NCBI RefSeq assembly: GCF_031769215.1
Contig: NW_026782224.1
Location: 124,001-188,000, forward strand
Length of the DNA stretch: 64,000 bases
Origin: Ylistrum balloti
Lineage: Eukaryota
Direction of reading: 5' to 3'
Shown: positions 40,999-52,614 of the stretch, one piece after another
How positions within the stretch are numbered: position 1 is the first letter of the stretch
Layout: every line of letters begins with the position of its first letter
Made by a program: the position numbers and the translations under genes
The notes under the pieces: model-generated
Databases searched by the model: none
The model's input: only the letters and a program-made list of their open reading frames with translations
What the model was told of the DNA's origin: nothing

Positions 40999-41866
40999 TG
41001 TTTAAAATGGAGGTGTGTTTACAAATAGCGAGTTTCAACTGCTCATATATCAATACTTTATACACAAAGTCATGGTAACTATTGTTTGAATAACTTAATT
41101 TTAACTACATCTTAGAGAATATCTCAATAATTATGTGTAATTCTACACTAAAGTTTTGGTGAATGTTGCGTATATTGGGCTTTAAAGGTGTGGTGTAAAC
41201 ATGGTCCTAATCTAAGTTATATACTACTAAGTTTAAACGAGATTCTAAGTTTAAGTTTTTAAGTTCTAATGGAAACCGACCAAATTTTCCTTAAATCATA
41301 AGAATAGGAATAGAAGAACTTATCTTCACTTTTCTTTTACAAAATTTCAAATATTTTGCTCCAACGTCTTGAAGGACAAACAATGTCACACATGTATCGG
41401 CCATTACACGAGATTTATAAAACCAATATAACGAAGACTTGCCTAAAGCTTGAATAACGTGGTAGGGCGGCAAGGGAGGTAACCGACGACATTATCAAAT
41501 TCACACCCATCGTCCTCGTCCTATGAATTACACATCGAACCTATACATACGTGTGGTATTTCAACGATGGGCAAGGTCACTTCAAAGTCACGATATTTCT
41601 CTGTGTATCTGCTTCATCGACGTAAATCTTTGTATGAAGATGGAGTCAAAAATAAATAAAAAAATGTTTCTGAATTAAATTTTATGCAGCAATTAATGAA
41701 ATAGTGTTTACGTATTCAATCCATGTGTCACATTCTAAAACTGAGAGACAGATTTATAAGAAAAAAACTATCATGCATTCGAAATTAGTTTCAAACACAT
41801 TCAACTTCCTATCACATGCAGAAATAGAGTATTTGATGCTATAATGAGACTGGGTTGTTAAGGAGT

Positions 41867-41937
41867 CCGCCATCTTGGATTGGTACAGTTGTGTCCTTCT
41901 ATGTAATTCGACTGACGGGTTGGTTTTGATGACGTCA
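41867..41937. promoter_or_regulatory. Second motif cluster (YY1, CCAAT, CRE)
   Basis: CCGCCATCTTG 41867-41877 (CAAGATGGCGG on minus strand), adjacent ATTGG, TGACGTCA 41930-41937. Confidence 0.45.
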
Positions 41938-43129
41938 TTGACGTTTTAAGCTATAACTAAAATAAATACGGAGTCAGGACCTAAATAAATATGAGGAAAC
42001 TCTACACAAATCTTATCAAAAGTATGTCGACAGAATATTAATGTCGGAGATATATGTACTTCAGCAAAAAGAAGTGTTTAGTTATGAGCTGTGTTAATAT
42101 TCTTTTTAAATCCTGGTACCTAAAATGTGCTTCAACTACTCTGGTCAGCGGAAGGCACACCGGATCACCACAAACAATACACCGTCTAAAACTTAACAAG
42201 GCTAAAGAATATCGCTTACAGTTGCCTTCGACAGTTGTCATAAACAACTTTATGTATTTATTTCATGTCGAGAAAATATAACCGCGTACGTCTGCCTATA
42301 AATTGGGGGAAGGGGGGATTTAATTTGTGTGTTTTGTTTTTGTTTCAGGCCATTTTAAACAGAAGCAAGATAAATTTACATTAGAAAAAAATCTTATCCT
42401 TCACTCCCGTCATCGATAGAGAAAGTTACTGCTTGCCTAAATGGGAAATATTCTGTTTCTTTGTGCGATATGAAGGTGATCGTGCTTGTCACACCAATGG
42501 TATATGTATGTGGTTTCCATTTTGTTTCCATTGTTCTCATCTAGGACCGTGGCATTAGTTGTATTAACTAACCAAGATTTACATCGCGGGTGTCATCGAC
42601 GAAGCAAAAGACGTCCATTATTCCACAACACCTGGTCTTATTCTCCTTGTACGCTTTTATAATGATCAATCTTACTTTTGCTTTGACTTCATTGAGTTAT
42701 CACTTTAACTTTATAATATTTACACTGTGAAGGTTTCAGTCAGTTATCACTGTCACAAAGAAGGTTTTCATAATTTCTTTGTTCAGTCGGAATCCACCTG
42801 TGTTTCTTACCTGTCCTTGGATGACTCCTAAGCCATAACATTATATAAGCTTATCAGGCCTCCACAATCTTTTGTGATCAGATGTTGTAAGATATAGTAA
42901 GGATATTTAAGTCAATATTGCAAAACTTTACATTTCTTCGGAAGGAAAATATTTCCCCTGATGATCCTCATCCCACAGATACAGCTTCAAATTCCTTAGG
43001 GATAGGGACAGAGATCAGTTGTTAATCTCTTGATGTCCAGCAATGCTTTTAAGTTATGGGACGATTATCTCATAGTCTATAAATATTTAATCTGTCCTGG
43101 GGTGGGACCAGACCTCAGTGCAAGTTATC

Positions 43130-44200
43130 AGTTTTGATTGTGTGTATCTCCTGATGCTCAGCAATGCTATAACTGTTCAGTTGGGATTACAACTATTTCA
43201 AAGAGCAAAGGTCCAAATGAATTGTTGATGACGCAAAGCAATGATATGAAAATGATCCAAATCTACGTGGGGAATAGATTTTCCCTGTTGGGTCCTGCCA
43301 CTCTGGCCCGAGGGGGCCAAAACCAATTGTTTATTCAAACCTGATTTCCCTTCGCCAACGCATGCTTCAGACCAAATATGGACAATATCCTGAATCACCT
43401 GAAGAACAAGATAGATTTTAAAGAAATTCATTGATTTTCCTTGTTGAGTCCCGCTCCCCTGGCCCAAGGGGGCCTAAACCCAACGCTTATACAAAACTGA
43501 TTTCTGTTCATCCAAGCATGCTTCAGAACAGTTTTGGATAATATTCTGGAATTCCTGAAGAACAAGATAGATTTGATAGAACTTGACAGATTTCCTTTAT
43601 TGCGCCCTGACCCTCTGGACTCGGGGAGTTGAGACCCTAGGTTTATACAAAACTGATTTCCTTCATCCAAGCATGCTTCAGGTAAAATCTTGACAATATC
43701 CTGCAATTCCTAAAGAACAATGTACATTTTAAAGAAATTGACATATTTTCTCTAATGGGCTCCACCCCTCTACCCTAGGGTGCCGAGATCCAAGGTTTAT
43801 ACAAAACTGATTACCCTTCACCCAAGCATACTTCAGACCAAATCTAGAAAATATCCTGCAATTCCTAAAGAACAAGGTAGATTTTAAAGAAATTGACATT
43901 TTTCACTTTTGGGCCCGCCCCTTTAGCTCTAGGGGACCGAGACCAACCATTTATACAAAACTGATTTTCCTTCACCCAAGCATGCTTCAAACCAAACTTG
44001 GAAAATGTCCTTTAATTCCTAAAGAACAGGATAGATTTTAAAGACATTGATTGATTTTCCATATTTGGCCCTGCCCTTCTGGCCAGGGTGTTGTTCATGA
44101 ATAGTTGCAATATATAGTAAAAACTGCCAGATGCCGGACTCTGGATGGACAACGGACAACGCAGTATCCTTAACTTTAACTAAACTTTAGATTTATTTAG
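43130..44200 (+). mobile_element. pearl/HINE-like (Helentron-type) non-autonomous element with ~5.5 diverged 154-156-bp core repeats
   Basis: caaaactgatt recurs at 43336, 43492, 43648, 43802, 43956; followed by ggatggacaacggacaacg microsatellite-like tail; boundaries approximate. Confidence 0.7.
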
Positions 44201-44424
44201 GAAGAACTACAACAAAGTCAGTGACAAATTGCCATTGCCTTTTATTGGATTTATTGTACATCTGAAAGTGGCGCATAACATTTAAGGCAACCCAGCATTC
44301 ATACACAGCAAAAATACACTAGCCACCAACATTATGCTTGTACATACCTTAATAAACCGCAGCCCTAATTAATTCTATAATAGGCTTTATTACTGTGTTC
44401 TATAGGATTGTTATAGTAAGATGA

Positions 44425-44618
44425 GATTCCTGAACAACATTCTCGACTCCAAATTCACATAACAACAGCTCCTATTGGTTAGATTAAACCACCTATCATG
44501 CAAAAGGATTGGTAAACTATAAAATGCTATGATTGACAATCGTATAACCCTTATTGCCAATATCTAGATAGATGACCTTGTTGTTTTATGAATTTGGAGT
44601 CTGAGAGATATTTGGATC
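44425..44618. mobile_element. MITE-like element with imperfect ~25-bp inverted repeats
   Basis: ctcgactccaaattcacataacaa (~44442-44465) versus ttgttttatgaatttggagtctgag (44581-44605). Confidence 0.5.
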
Positions 44619-45762
44619 AGAATATATACATTTTCAACACTGGGAAAATTAATATAAAAGGAATTTATATTTATACATATAACCTTCCTGTTGTACATGG
44701 GTTGAGTGCTAAAATGAAGAAAGGGAGTTTAGCTGGGTTTAAGACATGAGTAACATTAGCAGGCAGTTTATCATACATCTCCGACAATCCGTGTGACATA
44801 TATTTCCTCTACGATGTCATCAGACATAAAGATTATAAATAATGAGTATGAAAATAAACTGCGGAGATACACCAGGGAATAAGTACAGCTATCTACTGTT
44901 ATCATTTCATTATCAAAGTGGTTTTACTGATTAATCTCTCGTCAGGATAATCATCACGTTTCAACAGAATCAAGCCATGTTGATAGAGAAAGGTATCATC
45001 AAAGATATTGAACATAAAATTAACGTGAATATATGCTTTATCAAAGTGACTGAATAAAATAAAGTATGCTTAATTCAATAGAAGAAAATATCCACTTTTT
45101 AAGTACGTTGAAAGAAATTCAAAACGTTGACAGAATTCCATAGTTTACAGATATGATATAAATAATATAGAATTGTTGATAACGATGAATCAAGGCATGA
45201 CATACTTTAACATGGAACTGGCACCTTAATTTTCAGTAGAACCGGAATAGATTTCAACTACGGCAATATAACCTATACAAACAACATTGATAAACAAAAA
45301 AAAAATTTAAATGTAATAAAAAAAAACAAAAAAAAACAAAACAATATCAGAGGGATAATCAAACATCACAGATCATATTAAAACCAAGAGATCCTAGGGG
45401 ATCCTGGCACCCACCATCATTGATCTTTCAACGTTGGAATTTTCCTTTTATCTTTGTTCTTTATTATAATTAATTTAAAAATCTCTCTGGAGATATATTG
45501 ATAGTATGTTATGATCTTTACCTGTCAAATCCATGATGACTCCCAATCAGTCATTTTGTTCTGATCAGTCCCAAAATCAAAAGGCGACAAATTGGGACTA
45601 AGAGGAACATGATAAAGAAATCTGGGAAATATCCTTTCAGTCAATAGTCATACTAATGTTTCCTAATCATTGCTAAAGATAACGGACTGCCTGTCGCTCC
45701 TTTCTGACCAGTCCCTTGATCCACTAGAACTGTTATCCAAATCCTAACTAAGATCACTTTTA

Positions 45763-46060
45763 TTTTCATTCCCTCGCTCAGAATTACACAAATACCTCAA
45801 ATTTTCATTCCCTTGCTCAGAATTACACAAATACCTCAAATTTTCATTCCCTTGCTCAGAATTACACAAATACCTCAAATTTTCATTCCCTCGCTCAGAA
45901 ATACAGATATATCTCAAATTTCCATTCCCTTACTCAGAAATACAGAAATACCTCAAATTTTCATTCCCTTGCTCAGAATTACACAAATACCTTATATTTT
46001 CATTCCTTTGCTCAGAAATATGGAAATATCTTATACTTCTGTTCCTTCGCTCAGAAATAT
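45763..46060. repeat. 39-bp minisatellite, ~7 copies, decaying rightward
   Basis: gaattacac at 45781, 45820 etc.; explains ORF 45813-46079. Confidence 0.93.
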
Positions 46061-46419
46061 ACACATGAGTACCACATGAGATAATTAGTTCCATCTTCTC
46101 CCTGATTCAGCAAATAAAAATTATGAAACCATTTGCACTTTAACTACTAAATTACATTTGTTTTGGAAAATACAAATGAACACTTATTATTCTAAAATCT
46201 GTCATTTAGAAACTCCTCACAATAATTGACTTTTCTGATGACAGACCACAGTGTTTTAAACACTATCTTACAGCCTCATTGTGACAATAATTGTCCTACA
46301 ATTTGTCATTAGAGGGAGATGATCACCTAGATCACTATAACACAGGGATTCAGCTTCATGATTCTATCTAGAATTGAGCTTTCCTTCCATCCAACCTTTT
46401 AATGTGTCTTTACATATAG

Positions 46420-46461
46420 CTTTCTATAAAGTTTTCTGCGGATCTGGATTATTACTATAAG
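46420..46461 (+). CDS. Candidate internal exon of an unidentified gene (LSIKFSADLDYYYK)
   Basis: acatatag| acceptor, AAG|gtatgc donor; 42 bp, only one open frame; followed by an 88-bp intron. Confidence 0.42.
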
Positions 46462-46549
46462 GTATGCACACTTTTCACACAAGGGGAAAAATAAACAACT
46501 GTGTGAAAGTTTGAAGTTTAAACTGAAATCCCTGTTTCAATTATTGTAG

Positions 46550-46566
46550 GAAGAATTCAACACCAG
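46550..46566 (+). CDS. Candidate 17-bp micro-exon of the same gene (EEFNT + S split codon)
   Basis: ttattgtag| acceptor, CAG|gtgaga donor; in frame with both neighbours. Confidence 0.42.
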
Positions 46567-46860
46567 GTGAGAAATGTTTTAATGCAACAGAAAAAAAAAA
46601 GAAAAATCTTTGGTTCTTGTATGTAGTTCTATATAGGTAAATATTGGTAAATTTGGGTTTACATAGTATAACATATGTTTAGATAGGTTAATATAGGTAG
46701 CTTTTAAGTAGATCAAGTTGAATGAATAGCAGGATTTTATTATCTAGATAGAGAAGGTGGTATTTTGTTTAATAATTTTGGTTCTGTACATCAAGGTCAA
46801 GGTCATACTGAGGTAATTTATTTATAAAATTTCAATTACCTTCCTTTTCAATTCATCTAG

Positions 46861-46900
46861 TATGGATAGGCAAACTTTTCATTTTTCTGAGGAACATTAG
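46861..46900 (+). CDS. Candidate terminal coding exon of the same gene (MDRQTFHFSEEH-stop)
   Basis: ttccttttcaattcatctag| acceptor; phase 2 continues the frame to TAG at 46898-46900. Confidence 0.38.
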
Positions 46901-48589
46901 AAAATTCCTTCTGAAATAAGGAAATTCATAATGATATACCACCTAGGCTAGAGGCAGGTTGTGGAATCCCAACCACAGTTACCAAGAAAAGGCCTTACAT
47001 ACCACTTAGACACAGAATCCTCCAGTATTGATGAAGCTAATGGATGTTTTTTTAAACTACTAGTGTTGGTCACACAGATATGTAATTATTCTGTTGGCAG
47101 GGAAAATCTTCCAGTCCATTTCCTGTCACCAAATGTGATAGGAATCAAACAAATTGTACAGTTAAGTGTCTTAATTGCGTGAATGAAGTAACAAAACCTG
47201 CTGCTAAGTGGCCAAATTATGTAGGAAACGTGGCTCATTATGTTAACCAGTGGTCAATAAATTCTGGTCATGACTGACAAATACGTAAAGGACCTTCACA
47301 CATCTGTATAAGTCTACAGCTCTGTGGTCAGCCAATCCATCACTGTCACCATGTTTCATGTGAAAGTCTGGAAACAATAATTCAATAATACTGTCCTGCA
47401 ATCTCCAGTTGCTCATTTTGCTTCTAAAACTGATGCATAATCCTGTCAAGGACCATTAAAACAAACGCAGATCAATCACTCTGTACAACAGTAAATCTAG
47501 AAACTGCATACTGTGAAATATTTGTTATAATGAACATAGTTTGGTGCTGTCAAAGACACCACAACAAATATGTAAGCAAATTCTTCAGTTTGTTTTTTTT
47601 TTCTGAAATGAATTTCAGCTTTTAATATGAAGATATTCCAAAGAACACAAATTTTCTTTTTTCTTCCTCACTGGGTGGCACCAATGTCCTGATCATTTTG
47701 TAAGACTGAGCTTCCTACCTAGCCTTCGATCGTCTAAAGATAATTAACGAACATGTTCCAAAATGTTTTTGATGAAGTAATATTGCTCATTATTCATTAC
47801 CAAGCGATACTTTACAAGCCACTAAAAAAAATTCCCAATAGACCTGTTCAAACATTTTGCTAATTTGCAAGGGACTAAAACCAATGTCTTCATCATGTTA
47901 TCAACACGATCAGACACAACCCTTCTTAATTCTCAGGATCTGTATTGTTTAATTCTCTCTGTAGTTTTAAGTTCCCTGTGCTTTTGTATAAACTGACACA
48001 AGATTTGGATTTTTTTTGTTTTTTTTTTCTATTAGAATTGATCAGCTAAATCAATACTTTGTCAATAAACACCAACAGACCTAAGACCGAACTGAGAAAC
48101 AGTAATAAGAGATTTGACAAGTTGATGGCTCTCATCTACAGTTATTGGGGGATCTGTTTCAGATTATAACTAAGGGTTCTTCCCTGCTAATCCAGGCACA
48201 ATTTTTTTACATTATTTTAGTCTGTATTGTTCTAAAAAACAGGAACTTAAGGTTGTTTTGAGGAACAAGGCAGGAATAAGGTTGAAAATTTTCTAAAACA
48301 TTCTTCAGAAGTATGACAACAACAAATATTGAAATCATGTATTTATTCTTCAATGAGCCCGTGTCTGGCAATAAGCCCACTCTTATCTACTGTTGTTTAG
48401 TAGAGTTACAAATCAATACTACATATATCTCATTGTCCTCTGACACTCTCCAATAATAAGCCCATCCCATGACACTGTTCCATAATAAGCCCACCCCCTG
48501 ACATGTTAATTTTCTCATAGGTAAACAAAGACATGAACAGACAGGCTCCCATCCATTAACATAGTCAAACACGAGCTCCCAGAGGGATC

Positions 48590-49070
48590 TTTGAGCACAC
48601 CATTCTGTGATCTTTATTTATTTTTTAGAATTGGATCTTTTTCTCTTAATGGTACAACATTTGAACACTCCTTTACAGAAATAGCAATAACCATCTTTAA
48701 CTGCCAAATCCAAGATGGTCAAATGTCAGCCATTTTGTTTTTCTCATTCTCATCAGTCCTGAAATTGAACAGCACAATAAGAGACCAAGGGGAACTTAGA
48801 TATGAAATTTGAAAGAGATCCATTGAGTACAACTCAAGATATAGCAATAACAAACTTGCAATGTTGAAATCCAAGATGGCCACCTGCTGACTATTTTATG
48901 TTTTCTGATCAAAACCAAACAGACACAACTAAGAACCAAGATGAACCTACATATGAAATTCCAGTACTTTGTAAGAAATAGTAATACCAAGAAATGTTTA
49001 GGGATGGATCACAGACGTAAGGTGATTTGAATAGCCCACAATCTCATGATGGTGAGTTCAGGATAAACAA
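48590..49070 (+). mobile_element. pearl/HINE-like element, aaatccaagatggcc core family, ~2 core units
   Basis: Core matches 56100-56640 and 59610-60230; ends with ggatggatcacagacg...atagcccac tail. Confidence 0.65.
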
Positions 49071-49789
49071 GACACTAAACTTACACTTAAAATGAAATTA
49101 GAAACGGGTAAAATTTGGGAAAAGTAACAACATTCCCTATGAAAGGATAACAAAACAAAATAGATTTTTAAAATATGGAATTTAAATTAAAATTCTACAG
49201 GTTTCTACTTTACCTGCAGTGTTTTTCACCTTTCTATAATATTGTTATATAATATGCAGCATATCCGATTAATTCTTACACATGTTTTTCTGATACAAAA
49301 TATTTATGATTATTTTTGCTAATATGTCAGTATGTATAGACACTGAGTGTTTATGAGTATAATATAAATTTACTGCCTCCAAACAACCTTGAAAATATTT
49401 CCATATTTGAAAAGACAATGTTATACAGAGATTGATCTTAAACTGTTTACTTCTATAACAGCAGAACAAAACCTTTCTCATTGCACATTTACATCAAGTA
49501 AAAAAACTTTCACTAATGGTACAGTCAAGCCAAATGAGCCGAGGTCAGTGCAGAAAATTAATGTCAGCTATGTCAACATTCAGCTTTTAGGTAACAGCCA
49601 ATCAGCTTTAAGCTCAGCTAGCACACCAAATCAGCTGTAAATTTGGTCAGTACAGCCTGTCAGTTCTTTAAGTTAACAGCTAATAATTGTTACATTTCTC
49701 TTTAGCCTCAGTGACTAGGTCATCATCAAACCTTACTCTATGCCATGCAGATTTTTTCCACGTAGGAGAGGATGCAGGAGCTCTAAGAT

Positions 49790-50440
49790 GAACTGCAAAC
49801 TGACCAGTAGACTGACCAGCACTGACCAGTAGGCTGACCAGCACTGACCAGTACTGACCAGCAAACTGACCAGTAGACTGACCAGCAAACTGACCAGCAC
49901 TGACTAGTAGACTGACCAGCAAACTGACCAGCACTGACCAGTAGACTGAACTGCAAACTGACCAGTAGGCTGACCAGCAGACTGACCAGTAGACTAAACA
50001 GCAAACTGACCAGTAGACTGAACTGCAAACTGACCAGTAGATTGACCAGCAAACTGACCAGCACTGACTAGTAGACTGACCAGCAAACTGACCAGCACTG
50101 ACCAGTAGACTGAATTGCAAACTGACCAGTAGGCTGACCAGCAAACTGACCAGTAGACTAAACAGCAAACTGACCAGTAGACTGAATTGCAAACTGACCA
50201 GTAGACTGAGCAGCAAACTGACTAGTACACTGAACAGCACACTGACCAGCAAGCTGACCAGTTGACTGAACAGCAAGGTGACCAGTAGACTGACCAGCAA
50301 ACTGACCAGTAAATTGACCAGTAGGCTGACCAGCAAACTGACCAGTAAATTGACCAGTAGACTGAACAGAGCAAACTGACCAACACAGTGATCAGTAGTC
50401 TGACCAGCAGAGCAAACAGTAGACTGACCAGTAATCACAC
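49790..50440. repeat. Compound 10-12-bp minisatellite (actgaccagtag / actgaccagcaa / actgaactgcaa)
   Basis: Direct repetition; generates the LLVS ORF 49680-50438. Confidence 0.93.
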
Positions 50441-51487
50441 AGGTAAATAGCTATCTCTTCAGTGTCTCCAACTGTGGCAGTGATAAACTATACACATATC
50501 CATCATCATCCTTAAAAGCAATTTGGTGTATTAAAGGAAATACAAAACACACTGGAGCTGGAGAAGACATCATGCCTTTCTCCAGTTACCAGAATATAGA
50601 ATATGGCAGTTGTTTCCAAATCCCAACTCCAAAATAAATATTGCAGTTATTTGTATTCTCCTGACTCCGTCAGTAATGTCACAGTAACAGTCACTCAATA
50701 TTTCAATAAATAAAACGTTGCAGGAATCAAATCTCATTAATTCATGAACATAGCTATTAATATCAACTCTAAACAGAAGTTGTGATTATAGGTAACAAAT
50801 ATGTTCAGTATAACATTTTTACACTAAGTGACATTGTTACTATGGCATTGTTGATATAAGGTGTTACTATGTCAATGATACTATTGTAAGGTGTTTCACA
50901 ACACATCAATCTGATGTCATGGTATCAATACTTTTTCTAATACCAAAAATATATCAGACATAGAACTCAAATCATGATCCTGATGGGATTGTGCAACTTC
51001 ATGAATTATCTGGAAATCTGATCCAAATGTAATTTACAACAGAAGTGGGACAACGACCTTTCTTCCAATGTCTGGTGTTAAATTGTTAACTTCCATGCTT
51101 TCTACGGCGTCATTTCAGTACACCACAATGGCAGTCCAGCTTGTGCAGGATGTTAAGGATTTGAGGTGATGTGGTGAAATTTAGTTGATATGATGACTGT
51201 ATATAGCATGTCTCTTACCCAGCTGATTGCTTGTGTCTTTCAGTAACATTGGTTTGTGTCATGACAACAACACAATCACAAACAATTAATTAACTGATGA
51301 CATCACTTTTGCCATAAAGACTGGTTATATCCCTGTAGCCATGGAAACCAGTGATATCATTGTTGCCATGGAGACTGATCACTATTTTTTATCATGGAAA
51401 TTGATGACATCACTATTGTCAAAGTGACTGATGATTTTGTTGTCATGGCTATGGGTAGCATCACTGCTGTTATGGCTACTGCTGACA

Positions 51488-51591
51488 TCATTCTGTACAT
51501 GCTACCTCCCACACAATAAGATGACTTCTGTCTCCTTTGCTGAGTGAAACCTTCTTTTCTTCATCAATGAATTCTTCATCATCACCATCAC
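51488..51591 (-). CDS. MAPK8IP3: JNK-interacting protein 3/4 (sunday driver / SPAG9 family), terminal coding exon: GDGDDEEFIDEEKKVSLSKGDRSHLIVWEVACTE-stop
   Basis: ttccatag| acceptor, phase 1, TGA at 51490-51488; matches the family C-terminus (human JIP3 ...GDGEDDETEE...LSKAERSHIIVWQVSYTPE, recalled). Not in the ORF track. Confidence 0.9.
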
Positions 51592-51880
51592 CTATGGAAA
51601 CATTCAAGAGAAACAGTTGAAGAAACCAAACATGTGCACCAAATTTTCAATGAAAAAATTAATGATGGCCACTTCTACATATCTAAGCAAAATAAATGCT
51701 TTAAAATTTGTTCCTAAGAAACATTTTCTTTGCTTTTAATGTTAATTGGATTAAGATAATGTCTACTAAAAAGAGGTTCCACCAATCAATGTGTTGAAAG
51801 GCATTTTGAATGAACCCTGAAATGACCTAAGACATGTACCATGATACCTACCCTGGATTGACCATTTTTGGTTAGCAGGA

Positions 51881-52045
51881 TGTGATAGCTGACCTAGAAT
51901 GACCTTTCTAGGTCAGTGAGTTGTGACAGCTGACCTGGAATGACCTTTCTAGGTCAGGGGGCCATCATAGCTACCCAGGAATGACCTTTCTAGGTCAGTG
52001 AGTTGTGATAGCTGACATGGAATGACCCTTATAGGTCAGGGGCCA
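51881..52045. repeat. 41-bp tandem repeat x4 (AB-AB) with internal hairpin
   Basis: Units start at 51888, 51929, 51970, 52011. Confidence 0.85.
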
Positions 52046-52178
52046 TGGTAGCTCAGTTGTCAGTGCTCTAAATATACCACTGAGCCTCTCTGATGTTTAC
52101 CGAGATAGTCAAAGGAGATTCAAAATGACACTGGTCATATAAATACACAATTCTGGATCAAATGGGACCAACAGATAC

Positions 52179-52610
52179 TGACAATTCTAAATCAACTGTG
52201 ACTTTCTGATCCTGAAAATTCTAAATCAGTTGTGACTTTCTGATCCTGAAAATTCTAAATCAACTGTGACTTTCTGATCCTGAAAATTCTAAATCAGTTG
52301 TGACTTTCTGATCCTGAAAATTCTAAATCAGTTGTGACTTTCTGATCCTGAAAATTCTAAATCAACTGTGACTTTCTGATCCTGAAAATTCTAAATCAGT
52401 TGTGACTTTCTGATCCTGAAAATTCTAAATCAGTTGTGACTTTCTGATCCTGAAAATTCTAAATCAACTGTGACTTTCTGATCCTGAAAATTCTAAATCA
52501 ACTGTGACTTTCTGATCCTGAAAATTCTAAATCAGTTGTGACTTTCTGATCCTGAAAATTCTAAATCAGTTGTGACTTTCTGATCCTGACAATTCTTTAA
52601 CAGCTGTGAC
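52179..52610. repeat. 34-bp minisatellite, ~12 copies, abutting the JIP3 splice donor
   Basis: actttctgatcctgaaaattctaaatcagttgtg / ...caactgtg at 52201, 52235 etc. Confidence 0.96.
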
Positions 52611-52614
52611 CTAC

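Noticed and set aside
42575-42760. Resemblance to the 3' tail of a common bivalve retroelement
   Set aside because: Similarity is from memory and too degenerate to support a call.
46900-47550. Leucine-rich-repeat or Mab-21-like pseudogene on the minus strand
   Set aside because: Only isolated motif-like words among many stops; equally explained as 3' UTR of the candidate plus-strand gene.
49680-50438. 252-aa membrane protein (LLVS repeats)
   Set aside because: Translation of a compound minisatellite with no unique domain or credible start.
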